This document shows, one piece after another, positions 1 through 10,370 of a stretch of 64,000 nt of DNA; position 1 is the stretch's first letter, and the number at the start of each line of letters is the position of its first letter. Source of the DNA: Selaginella moellendorffii (Eukaryota; Plantae; Lycopodiophyta); contig NW_003314325.1 in assembly GCF_000143415.4 (NCBI RefSeq), forward strand, positions 88,567 through 152,566. Reading direction: 5' to 3'. Below the pieces are notes generated by a model, which was given only the letters and a program-made list of their open reading frames with translations, searched no databases and had not been told where the DNA came from. The position numbers and the translations under genes were made by a program.

Positions 1-426
1 GCGTACGATATGATGGGGCTGGCGAAAGAGAGCTTGCTCGACGCTCTGGTTTTCGGCTGCTCGAGCTCCTCGATCTCGTCGTGCTCGGCGTCCTCGGATG
101 GCTGGGACGAGAGTGGAAGCCGGAGTAGCAGTGGTGGGAATCAAAGTGGTGTCAACTTCTACGTCGCAAAGCTCGTGAGGAAGCAAATGCAAAGAACTTG
201 GCTGTTTCGCGAGGCCGCCAGGAAGAGCGAGATGGAGTTCCAGCCGCTGGAGGAAGAGGATGAAGAAGAAGAAGAAGAAGAAAGATCGAACGAGAGAGAG
301 GAGGATGAAGAACAAAGCAGCGGCGATGAGAGTGGCGATGAATCGGAGTGGGAGACTGCGAGTGAGAGTGAGATGTACAAGATCTCGCAGCGAAACCAGC
401 AACAGCGCAGGCAATGGAAGCGCTAA
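1..426 (+). CDS. 3' end of an unidentified protein-coding gene (Ser-rich then highly acidic C-terminus)
   Basis: Frame is open from the window edge to the stop at 424-426, with coding-like GC content and a protein-like stretch (VNFYVAKLVRKQMQRTWLFREAARK) followed by an E/D/S tract. Family not recognised. Confidence 0.6.
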   Translation, partial: AYDMMGLAKESLLDALVFGCSSSSISSCSASSDGWDESGSRSSSGGNQSGVNFYVAKLVRKQMQRTWLFREAARKSEMEFQPLEEEDEEEEEEERSNEREEDEEQSSGDESGDESEWETASESEMYKISQRNQQQRRQWKR

Positions 427-528
427 GTCGATCGATCGAGAGAGCAACCATAACCAAAGTAAAATGTGATATCATACTTTCTATGTAAAGATTTTTCTAG
501 GGCTTTGTAGCTACTATAGCGAGCGGCA

Positions 529-2138
529 ATGGAGCGCCCAGAGATCCATGTAAGTCGATGGAGCTTCGATTTCATCGGCAGACGCTCTTTTCTAGTGATC
601 CAGGGCGTGATCTCGCAGGAATGGAGCTCCGCCATGCGTATTTCTTTGGGAGCTTCCAGCAATGCGGCCGCGATGCTACAGGTATTGCGCAAGATTCTTG
701 TGCTAGAGCTGCTTTTCTTGCGTTTTCCAGCTCTCCAGCACAGATTTTCGCGATGGAGCGCCATGGCCGTGGGCAATGGGTCCCTAATATCGGATTTCCA
801 CACAGAGGCTTCCAAGACTGGGCATGGATCGGTGGAAGTAGCTCACAGGAGGATCTTGTTTGCGGCCGGGGGCACTGGCGGCCATGTCTATCCTGCGATT
901 AGCATCGCGCAGGCAATCCAGGAGCTCCAGCCCAGCGTGGAGATCGAATTCGTGGGGACCAAGGACAGGATGGAATGGCGGGCAGTGCCACGAGCAGGAT
1001 ATATCATCAGGGACATTCCAGCGACTGGATTGAAGAGGCCAGTTCTATCTCCAGAGAACTTTTGGCTGCCTTTCAAGCTCTTGGTGTCTATCATCGCTTG
1101 CTGGCGGATCCTTTCCAAGTTTAAGCCGGACGTGGTGGTAGGAACTGGCGGCTATGTGTCCGGGCCTCTGTGCTTGGCGGCGGCGCTGCGAAGAATTCCA
1201 CTCGTTCTCCAGGAACAAAACTCTCAGCCGGGGCTCACGAACAAGATCTTGGGACGATTTGCGAGGGTGGTGTTTGTGGCTTTCGCTGGAGCCGCGGCTC
1301 ACTTCTCTCGGGACCGGTGCTTGGTCAGTGGCAATCCCACGAGACTGGGATTCAACCGGTACGTTTCTTCGCTGGTGGCGAGGAGATTGTTCTTCCCGGA
1401 GGATGAGAGCTGTGCGACGAAGAAAGAAGTGGTGCTTGTGCTGGGTGGATCTCTCGGTGCTAAGTCCGTCAACATGGCCTTGTCCAGTTTCGTTTTGGAG
1501 AGCCTTGGAAGGAATTGTCGACGTTACATCATCTGGCAAACTGGATCGCAGTACTACAAGCAGGTTTTGGAAAGTGTCGGCTCGGGGCATTCTCGACTGG
1601 CAATCCACGGGTAAGTTTGTAGAAAGTTCTTGCCTCTCCATCTCTAATGTTTTTCTTGGTTTCAGGTTTATAGAATCCATGGAAACAGCGTATGCAGCAG
1701 CAGATCTCGTGGTGGCTCGCGCTGGCGCGATAACTTGCAGCGAGATCTTGGTTGCTGGCAAACCATCGATTCTTGTAAGTAGTCTTTCAAAATCTTTTCT
1801 GACAGTAAAAGTGCTGTTTTGCTTTCTCGCAGATTCCATCTCCAAACGTGACCGACGACCACCAAACGAAAAACGCGAGGAGCTTGGAGGAAGCGGGCGT
1901 GGCGAGAGTTTTAGCGGACAGTTCCTTGCAATCCTCGCCACGAATTCTGGCCGATGCGATCGACGAGCTTCTGGGTAAACTTCGATCAAAATCGTTTGCC
2001 AGTTCCTATTTGGATTTTCCTCCAGGTGATCGGCAACGCCTAGACAAGATGGCAATGAAAGCACTCGATCTAGCAATTCCAGACGCCGCTGCGCGAATCG
2101 CCCAGAGAATCCTCGACATCGTCAACACGAATTCGTAG
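529..2138 (+). CDS. murG: Plastid-type MurG (lipid II GlcNAc transferase, GT28), at least 4 exons
   Basis: Motifs GGTGGHVYPA, GTGGYVSGP, QEQNSQPG, GNPTR, GGSLGA, RAGAITCSE and HQTKNA. GT-AG introns at 1611-1665, 1775-1832 and 1975-2025 give a continuous frame. N-terminal extension resembles a transit peptide. True ATG uncertain (529/636/763). Confidence 0.93.
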
Positions 2139-2339
2139 TTCTTGGCGCGATTATTTAAAAATTTTGAAATTTGAAAGTCCACGTCGCGTGGTCGATTCCC
2201 ATCCCTTGTACAAAAGACGTAGACAAAAGATCTCTACGCTGTGCGTTTCTCACTTTGACACGCTACGTCTGGGCTACGTACAGCTCTACCATTCCTCGCG
2301 AGCTCGATCACGTTTCCCTCGAGCTCGATCGCGATTCCA

Positions 2340-3337
2340 ATGGCCGATCTCCAGCGAGTGGCGATTCTCCGCAGCACTGTTGTAGCAATCCAGCTCCCCA
2401 GGTCTGGGAGGCTAGTTTCTTCACAAAAATCAGGCCTAGGGCATCACAGGAGCTCCTTGTTCTTGGATCGAAGAACCAGCCAATCGATCAGGGCCAGTGT
2501 GGGCGATCGCGATCGGAATGGAGAGGGTCGAGAGGAGATTCCAGACACCTGCGATGGATTTCTCAAGCGGGTATCATCGCGAGGATACGATGAGAGAAGG
2601 AAGCTAGAGCAAAATCTCGAGTCCGGGAGCTACGATGGTATAGTCCTTCTCTTTTGGTGGGATTCGTCTTTGTGGATCTAGGAGAATCTAGTCTCTGATA
2701 TTTTTGTCTCTCTTATAGTCTTGGATTCCAATCCATGGCGGGACGATTCCAAGGCCGTGTATGTTCTTGCGGAGGAGGAGAATCAGCTCATCACCATGAG
2801 AACTCGGCGTGAACGAAGGTGGGATTTCTTGCTGCCAAAGGAATTTAGTTCTCTATCGATCGATTGAGTGATTGGCAGTGAAGTGGAGGAGGAATTGAGC
2901 TTGCTCTTCCCGAAGCGAGGCAATAGATCACGCGGGAGACGTGGAATCTCGTTTCGGATGCAAGTGGAAGACATTCGCCCGGGCGTCCTGGTAAGAGATC
3001 TCTTTCATTCATTTTCATCGAAAATGTCCATGGATTGCGATCGATTCTAGCGATGATCCATCCAGGTTTTCGAGGACGAGGACGAAGCCGCGCGCTACTG
3101 CAGCCTCCTGGACGGGAGCTGCCGAGGAATCGCGGAGATCGAAGCATCAGATGTGAGGCGATCGATCGACGAAATTGCTAGGCGCTAATGCGATCGCGAA
3201 TTCTCTTGCAGGTTTTCGCGATGTGCCAGAAGAACAAGGCGCTGGCGGTGCTCTTCCGGCGAGGCGCGATTCCACCGCGGCCCGACCGCCTCCAAAGAAC
3301 CCTAAACGCGCGAAACCACTCATTGGAAGATAATTAG
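2340..3337 (+). CDS. Plastid-targeted DUF3110-like protein, 5 exons (2340-2637, 2719-2818, 2879-2990, 3066-3152, 3212-3337)
   Basis: Manual splicing at GT-AG sites gives a continuous ORF: a Ser/Arg-rich transit-like N-terminus, then ...VEDIRPGVLVFEDEDEAARYCSLLDGSCRGIAEIEASDVFAMCQKNKALAVLFRRGAIPPRP. The VFEDEDEAxRY motif recalls cyanobacterial DUF3110. Confidence 0.75.
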
Positions 3338-3475
3338 CCTAATATAAGTATTCCAATCCTGAGCCGTCCGATTGAGGCCCGGATATTCCTTCTTTCATCC
3401 GGGTTCGATTCCGAAAGCTTGCAAGGGTTAACTTAGGCTTGAGAGCGCCCCGGCATCGCGTGTTCTTCCCTCGCC

Positions 3476-5775
3476 ATGGATTCCGTAGATACTTTCATCG
3501 GCATCACAGGCGCTCCGCGCGCCGTGGCAATCCGGATGCTCCAGGTAGGGCTCTCTTGCGAGGAAACGATATTATCGTCTTGCCCCGGGATTTCTTAGCT
3601 GATGGATCCTCGCAGGAGAATCGTGGCGAGCTTAATGCTGCTGTGAACGCGTTCTTCGGCGAACCGGACACCCCTGCGTACGTAGAATCTCGAGATTGTG
3701 GCTTCGATCTCTCCTTACCTTTTTTGTTTGCTCTTGTTCTTCCTCGCAGGCCTCCTTCACAGCCAGAGGAACCCGAAAGAGTGGATTACATGGACGAGGA
3801 CGAGCCGGTTATTCCAGCGGCTCAGCCGAGAGGTTTAGGACTTCCGCCCTGGGAAGTTCCTCTTCCCAGACCAACGTTTGATCCTCTGGGAAGTCTTTTT
3901 GGTGGGAGAGGGATTGTCCCCGACATCGTTCCTCCATTCGTCTCTCATCCGAGAGACGTGAGGAACGTCCCGATTGATTGGCAGGATCCCGCTCCACCGC
4001 CGCCACCTCCGAATCTCTCCATTGAGGAGGTTACTGGACTTGAGAATGTGCCCCGTGGTCCTGGAGGTGGGATCGTTAGTATGGAGGATGATGTGCCACC
4101 TTTTCCTGGTTTTTATCCTCGGAGGAGTCCAGAGCGCGGTGCCGCGGAAGATCCCGAACTGGAAGAGCAAATGGTCAGAGCGGCCATTGAAGCGTCAAAG
4201 ATGGATCCCGAGACAGGAGCTGTAAGTGTTCTTCTTTTCGTTTTTCAAGGTCTTTTCTAACTATTCCAGGGCTCTGCAGGATTCCGCAAGTCAATCTGTG
4301 CCGGGTACTGAAGACGATGACATTGCCCGTGCGGTTTCGCTATCCTTGAAGGTACACTCGGAGTTTTCTCGTAAAGAGTTTTATGGTTGAAGCGTTTTAC
4401 CTTAGACTGCAGAGGACGAGAAGAGGTTTCGAGATTTACTCTCGCAGCCGGAAGATACAGCAAGGTATGGTTGATCGCTGCCATTTCTGCAAGACGTGAT
4501 TGTTTCTATTGCAGGGGAGAGAATCCAAGTACTGGTCCAAGCAGTTTCCCGACACGGAACGTCATCCAGGAGCCAGAGGAAACTCCTGACGAGCAGCCTT
4601 TACTCAGACGCAGACAGAGGCGCGTTGTTCCAATAGTGGAGGAGCCTGCTGCCGAGGAAGCTTTTGAGAGACAGCCACGAAGTGCTGACGAAGAGCATCG
4701 TCCAAGTGCGCCGCAGCCCAATGGCGACGTGATCCCCGCTGACGAGGTAGAGGATCTGTGCAGAAAGAAAGAAAACAACAAAACAACTTTCAGTGCTGAC
4801 GCTCTCGACTTGTCATGCAATCTTCAGTGGGCAGGAATATCCTCGGAGGAGCAGGACGAAGCAGTGATGCTGGAGGCGGCGTTTTTTGGTGGACTTCCCG
4901 ACATCCAGTATCGTCCAACACCTGAGTTCGCTGCTGCTAGCGCCGCCGATGTGTCAAGTTCTCGCCCCCAGCAGCCGCTTTCACCCTCCGTTGTTGCGCA
5001 ACGGCTGTTGCGTGAGCAGCAGGTACTTTGATCTTCTGTGGTTTTTTCTACTTTTCCTTCCCTGGGAAAACGAAAGAAGTTTTTCCTTTTTATCACTCCA
5101 TGATTCCAGGATGATGAATACCTGGCCTCGCTAGCGGCCGACAGAGAGAAAGAGGTGAAAGCGAAGCAAGACGCCGAGGCCGCGAGCGAGATGGAGAAGC
5201 TCCGGCGGCAGGAGGAGCAGCGCAGATCCGAGGCAGCAGCGGTAAGCGCTCCCGCCTTTGTCTCGTTTTCCTTGTTTGTATCCTTGCAACTGAGTGTGTG
5301 ATGTGAACAGGAGCTGGAGAGAAAGCTGGCGACCAAGGCCGAGTCGCTGCCAGCCGAGCCAACGCAAGAGGACGATCAAGCCGTGACGATTCTCGTTCGC
5401 TTGCCAGACGGTAGCCGGCACGGCCGCCGATTCAGAAAGTCAGACAAGCTCCAGGTGAGCTAAGTGCATCCGCACTGACACAGATGTCGAGATATCATCA
5501 ATCTCATATCTTTTTACGTGTCTCTCGCAGAATCTCTTCGATTTTATTGACCTCAGCCGAGCAGTGGAGCCTGGCACCTATAGGCTGGTATGTTTCCTCC
5601 CAAATCTTTTAATCGCTCCTCGGTTTTGATTCGATTCTGGATGGATTGGAAAAAATTTCTTTCTCAGGTGAGACAGTATCCGCGAAGAGCTTTTACTGGT
5701 GACGACCACGCTGCGTCGTTTGATAGCTTGGGCCTCACGAGCAAGCAGGAAGCGCTGTTCCTGGAAACCATTTAA
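3476..5775 (+). CDS. Plant UBX domain-containing protein (UBA-like + UIM + coiled coil + UBX; PUX8/9/13-like), multi-exon
   Basis: N-terminus [37 protein letters not shown] is UBA-like. UIMs: [12 protein letters not shown] and [30 protein letters not shown] coiled coil. UBX: [13 protein letters not shown]...[10 protein letters not shown]...[15 protein letters not shown]. Confidence 0.9.
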
Positions 5776-6596
5776 AGCGCGAATGAGAGAACGCGAAAGA
5801 ATAGAAAGAAATCGCGAGGAAGAGCTTCTCTTCTTTTTTTTTGGACGGGGATTTGGCGCGAGCGATTTTTTGTGTGTATCTACGAGGGAATATTGGGCGT
5901 GGTATATTCCATCGAGCTCCAAAACTCACCTTTTTACGAATATTTTACAACCGAGTGTGAGTGATCTTGTGCTTTGTGCATTGCTTAGGCTAGGGTTCCT
6001 CGGGCTGCGGGGGCGGCGGGTCTCGATCGATCACCCGGAATTTCATCTTTGCATTCCCGCCTGGGCGACGCGATTCGATGGAGGTGAGGTAGGGGCGAGA
6101 ATCGGGAGAGCTTTTATTCTCGCGCTTCTTCTTCTCGAGCAATCGATCAATCTGGGGCGCGCGCGGGTTTGCATTTGGATGTGAATCGATCCGTGCGGTG
6201 AGTTTTCCCCCTTTTTCCATATAGTTACTGTTTGGATGTCGATTCGATACATTTGAGCAGTGTGGGAGCGTCAAGTGATTGAAGGGGGAGGGTGAAAACA
6301 TGGCATGCCTCTCGGGAGCTCTCCTGGATTGCCTCGCTGATTGCCTCTAGCCGCAGCGATTGGAAAAACAAGAAGAAACAGGAATGGTCAGAGGAGTTCC
6401 ATGATGTTAGTTTCTCGAAATCCCCTGATCTTTGTCTCGTTTTCACGCAGCGTTAGCCGCGCCAAAGAAGAAGCCGAAGAAGAACACGAAGAAGAGGAAG
6501 AAGAACAAGGAGAAGGAGAGGATGCCTGCCATGAGGTGAGAATTCCAGCCAGACCAAAGGGCTTCCTTGGATCGAACAGGAGGGGAGAAGGAAGCC

Positions 6597-7334
6597 ATGG
6601 CTCCCCTCAAGGGTCCTCACAATGAGCGCTACACGGACTTCTACGACGATTGGTCCAACACGCAGCTCCAGCAGCTGGAAGAACTGGAGCGCGCTCTCAA
6701 CAGCAACATGTCCGAGTCGGAGATCAAAGCTCTGGTGGACAAGGCCAAGATGCACTACGACTACTACTACGGTGCCAAGGACAACGCCGCCAAGCAAAAC
6801 GTCCTCCAAGTCATGACCCCGGCCTGGAAGACTCCACTCGAGACGGCCTTCATGTGGACAGGGGGGTGGCGGCCGACGATGGTTTTCCAGCTCGCCTACG
6901 CGCTCGCCGGCCAGCTCGTAGAGGCCGAGCTCTCGGACCTCCTCTCCGGGGTGGACAGCCCGAGCCTGGCTTCGCTCTCGGCCCGGCAGCTCGAGAAGAT
7001 CAACGAGATGCAAGTGAAGGTCCAGAAGCAGGAGGACGACATCTCGCACCGGATGGCGGTGCTGCAGCAGGGGATGGCGGACCAGCCGTTTGTGGGGATC
7101 ACGCAGACGCTGGCCGCGAGCGAGGATGATAAGATGGAGGCGGCGGTGGACTCCAAGCTCAAGGATCTGGAGAGCCTGCTGGAGGAGGCGGATAACTTGA
7201 GGAGGGAGACGCTGCACAACATGCTGGACACGCTCACTCCCGTCCAGGCGGCTCAGTACCTGGTGGCGGCGGCGCAGCTCCAGGTGGCGTTCCGGAAGAT
7301 TGGGGCGGTGAAGAACGGCAGCAGTGGCGATTGA
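6597..7334 (+). CDS. DOG1-domain protein (DOG1-like/DOGL4-type, no bZIP)
   Basis: FYDDW...HYDYYYGAK...PAWKTPLETAFMWTGGWRPT...LSARQLEKI...ADNLRRETL...LTPVQAAQYL is the DOG1/TGA C-terminal domain. Single coding exon. Confidence 0.88.
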   Translation: MAPLKGPHNERYTDFYDDWSNTQLQQLEELERALNSNMSESEIKALVDKAKMHYDYYYGAKDNAAKQNVLQVMTPAWKTPLETAFMWTGGWRPTMVFQLAYALAGQLVEAELSDLLSGVDSPSLASLSARQLEKINEMQVKVQKQEDDISHRMAVLQQGMADQPFVGITQTLAASEDDKMEAAVDSKLKDLESLLEEADNLRRETLHNMLDTLTPVQAAQYLVAAAQLQVAFRKIGAVKNGSSGD

Positions 7335-7595
7335 GACGAGCAGCGGCGGCGGAATGTGGATCGATCGAGCCTCCGATGGGTCGATCCAAGCGAGAGTGGC
7401 GGCGATACGATGGAGAAAGGGAAAAAAGAACAAAGAAGTATCATGAGAACAGCGAGTGTTAGATCTCTTTTATCGCATTTGTACCTGGAATATTCTTGGT
7501 ATTTAAGACTTTCTTTACAGTCGCATTTGAATTTCGAATATTCGTAGAATGTCCCTTTTCCCCAAATGCGAGACTTTCTTTTAGGGTTCTTATCG

Positions 7596-9048
7596 CTAGA
7601 TCGATCGCGCGATAGCGGTCGCGGCAAGGAGGAGAATGGCGGCGATGAGGCGCGGCGCCAGCGGAGGATCGGCGCCGGAGGTCGCCGACGCCGAATCCCC
7701 CGCCTCGTTGATGCTGCGCAGCTCCAGCGTGTTGCTGTAGAGGCTGCCGAGGAGATCCTCGGCGGTCTTGTTGGAGGCGACGGACGAGGAGGCGCCCGCG
7801 GCGAACTCGTTGGCCAGGAGGTTCTCGCCGCTGAAGAGGTTCTTGAATGTCTCGTTGTTGTTGGCCTTGTCCATGACGTCGTTGAACTCCTGGATCTCTT
7901 TCTTGGAGAAGTTCCCGGCCACCATGATGGTGTGGCCGGGCGCGGTGCCGAAGTTGCAGGATCTGTAGCTGGAGATGCTGGCGCAGGGCTTTCCATCGAG
8001 TGGAGTCGGGCACACGAGCTGGTAAGATCCGGTGTCTTGGAGATTGGTCCAGTTTTGTTCTAAGTCGCCGCCCTTTGCATAGAGGCTCGGGATGGTGTGC
8101 TTCGTGAAGGCGATGTCTCCGCCGCCCTCCACCAAGCAACGGAACGCTCCAGAGTAGTCGTAGTAGTCGTCGTCCTCCGAGCATCCAGACTTGATCTTAC
8201 AGCCGCTGCAAATGCTCTTCCTGGGATCGTTGCTCGCAGCGCACGATGTGGAGAAGAAGGATCTCACGGACTCGATGTCGTTGGTGATCTGTGGATCCCT
8301 GCAAGAACACAAAAAAGTTTGCCAAGGTGGGTTTTTTCTTCTTTTTCTTTTACTTCTACTTCGACTTACTTGCTGACCAAAGGCATGATTTTGTTGTGGA
8401 TGAAGTATGTGACGGGGAGAACCCAGCCTGCCGATCTTCCGTAGCCGGTGTGGCAGGACTTTTTGCCGCGTAGATCTGATAGCTTCCTCGGGCAGCTGTC
8501 GGCTTTCACGATTCCAACGCCGTAGTATCTGCTGCTCTCGAGTTGATTTACCTCAGTCCGGATGGGGAGGAGTCCATACTGCTGGGATGCCTGGAGGATC
8601 TCGCCACCGTCAAAGATGCCAATCTTTGCGCCGCCAGTCGCGATCTTCCTCATGCAGCTCTCGGCATCGCCTTCGCCAGCAACGCTACAAGCAGAAGACA
8701 TGAGGTTTGGTTGCTTCTCCTCTTTTAATTGTGCGACTAAACAAAGATCTTACCAGCTGTGCTGGTGTTCTCTTTCAGGATCAATGCCGTCAAGGATGGT
8801 GTTCATCCTCTTGCACAAGTCAAGCTCGTCTTCGTCTTCCACGCACCACACCCAACCTGTTGCAGAGGAACAGGTGCTGCTAAGATCTCTAAGCCAAGGC
8901 TCTGAAACTTACTTTCCTGGAAAGGATCGTCGTCGTCATCATCGTCCCCGGATGGAGGAGCTGCTGCTGGCCCCTGTGAATCCACCTTGACCACAAAGAG
9001 CGCAACGCAGATCAAAAGCAGCAACAACCACAGGTACGACCGCTCCAT
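7596..9048 (-). CDS. Single-lobe transferrin-family protein with signal peptide and probable GPI-anchor signal (exons 9048-8913, 8856-8754, 8684-8370, 8298-7596; ~418 aa)
   Basis: Transferrin signatures WVWC, IFDGG, YYGVGIVK, LRGKKSCHTGYGRSAGW, YYDYSGAFRCLVEGGGDIAFTKH, YQLVCP and CNFGTAPGHTIMV. Hydrophobic N- and C-termini. Confidence 0.92.
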
Positions 9049-10370
9049 TCTTCCCTGTAAGAATTTTACCAAGCTTCCATCAACAGGGAGAGAGATCAAT
9101 CAACACTCGCGCAACGAAAGAGCAAGGAAAACAAGAAAGAACTTGTGAGGCGCCGAAGAGCCAGGCAGGACGATAAGGCCGTGAAATGTTCTCAGCCTCG
9201 CAGCAGTGGCACAGACACTTTTCTTTTCCTGATTGGCTGAGAGGGAGCTAAAGTAATAGATATGCTCTCGCTCCTCGGTACTGCTAATCTTCTTGGTCAT
9301 GAAACAGACACTTCTTTAACAGCCTCGCAGAGAGAAAACGTACAGACAGCCCATGATCAAAGATTCAAACCAGAGGAACGCAAAGACCTGTAAGCTACAT
9401 TTGCAGGAGAGGTATTACTGACCTGAGACGTCTTTGTTCTTCCAGAAAGGCTTGATCATCTAGTATCTGGGCTATAAAGGCTCTATAGCTGCGAGCGAGA
9501 GCTTGTCGCTATGTAACATGATATGTGAGGTGACTCACTTTATATATTTCACTCTCTCCTTGACTAGCAGAGCGTTCCTCGTCACATGAAGTGCTCCTAC
9601 GGGCAGAATATGCGCCGGCATCCACAGCGACGTGTGACCACGAAGCAAAAGTACGCTCGCAATGTGGGCGACACGGGTGCGAGCAGGAAACTAGCTGAGT
9701 TGGCCGCCACATCAGCTGGCACGTAAGATATGTTTCAATTCTCCATCAAAAGGACAAAGCAACCTAATTCACTAGGCATATTAGCGATTGAATACTTAAG
9801 ATAAAAAGAATTTGAAAAAGAATTTAAATATCTGAATAAGTTGAATCTGAAAATTTAATATCTTTACGAGGAATAGTTTTAAAAGCAAATAATTTTCGTT
9901 CTAGAAGAACAAGGAGACAACGTTTCATCAAACTTTGTCGACAGATTTTCTGATTCACCAAATATATGTAAAGATGTACAAAGGAGCTTCCTAAAAAGGT
10001 CAGAGGCAAAGAAGAAAGAAACTCTAAAAAGGAAGAGCAATGGTGGATGTTACCTGCGGCAATGGAATGGAAAAACAGACCTCTACAAATTAAAAACCAT
10101 GGAAGGCCGCTTGATCGCTTGCTTGCTCGCTAGAAACGTAAGCCTCGCATATCTTTGTTGGACGGTGGTACGCCTTCTTTGTTTCATCATCATCTTGAGT
10201 GGAGAGGAGTAATGTTACAGGATCGGGGAACTTGGAGGAGAAGGTACGCTTTACAAGGAAGGATGGAATTGTTCTTCTTTTGTTGGATGGTTGTTTGTTT
10301 CATCGTTGTCTCTGTTGATCTTCTTCTTTCTTCTTCTTCGTCTTCTATACACGCGAAGCCCCGGCGAGAA

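Noticed and set aside
1045-2076. Long antisense or alternative-frame ORFs (also 6453-7433, 7253-7996, 7566-8063)
   Set aside because: These are shadows of GC-rich real genes with no recognisable domains.
529-2138. murG as bacterial contamination or recent HGT
   Set aside because: It has spliceosomal introns, a transit-like extension and plant neighbouring genes.
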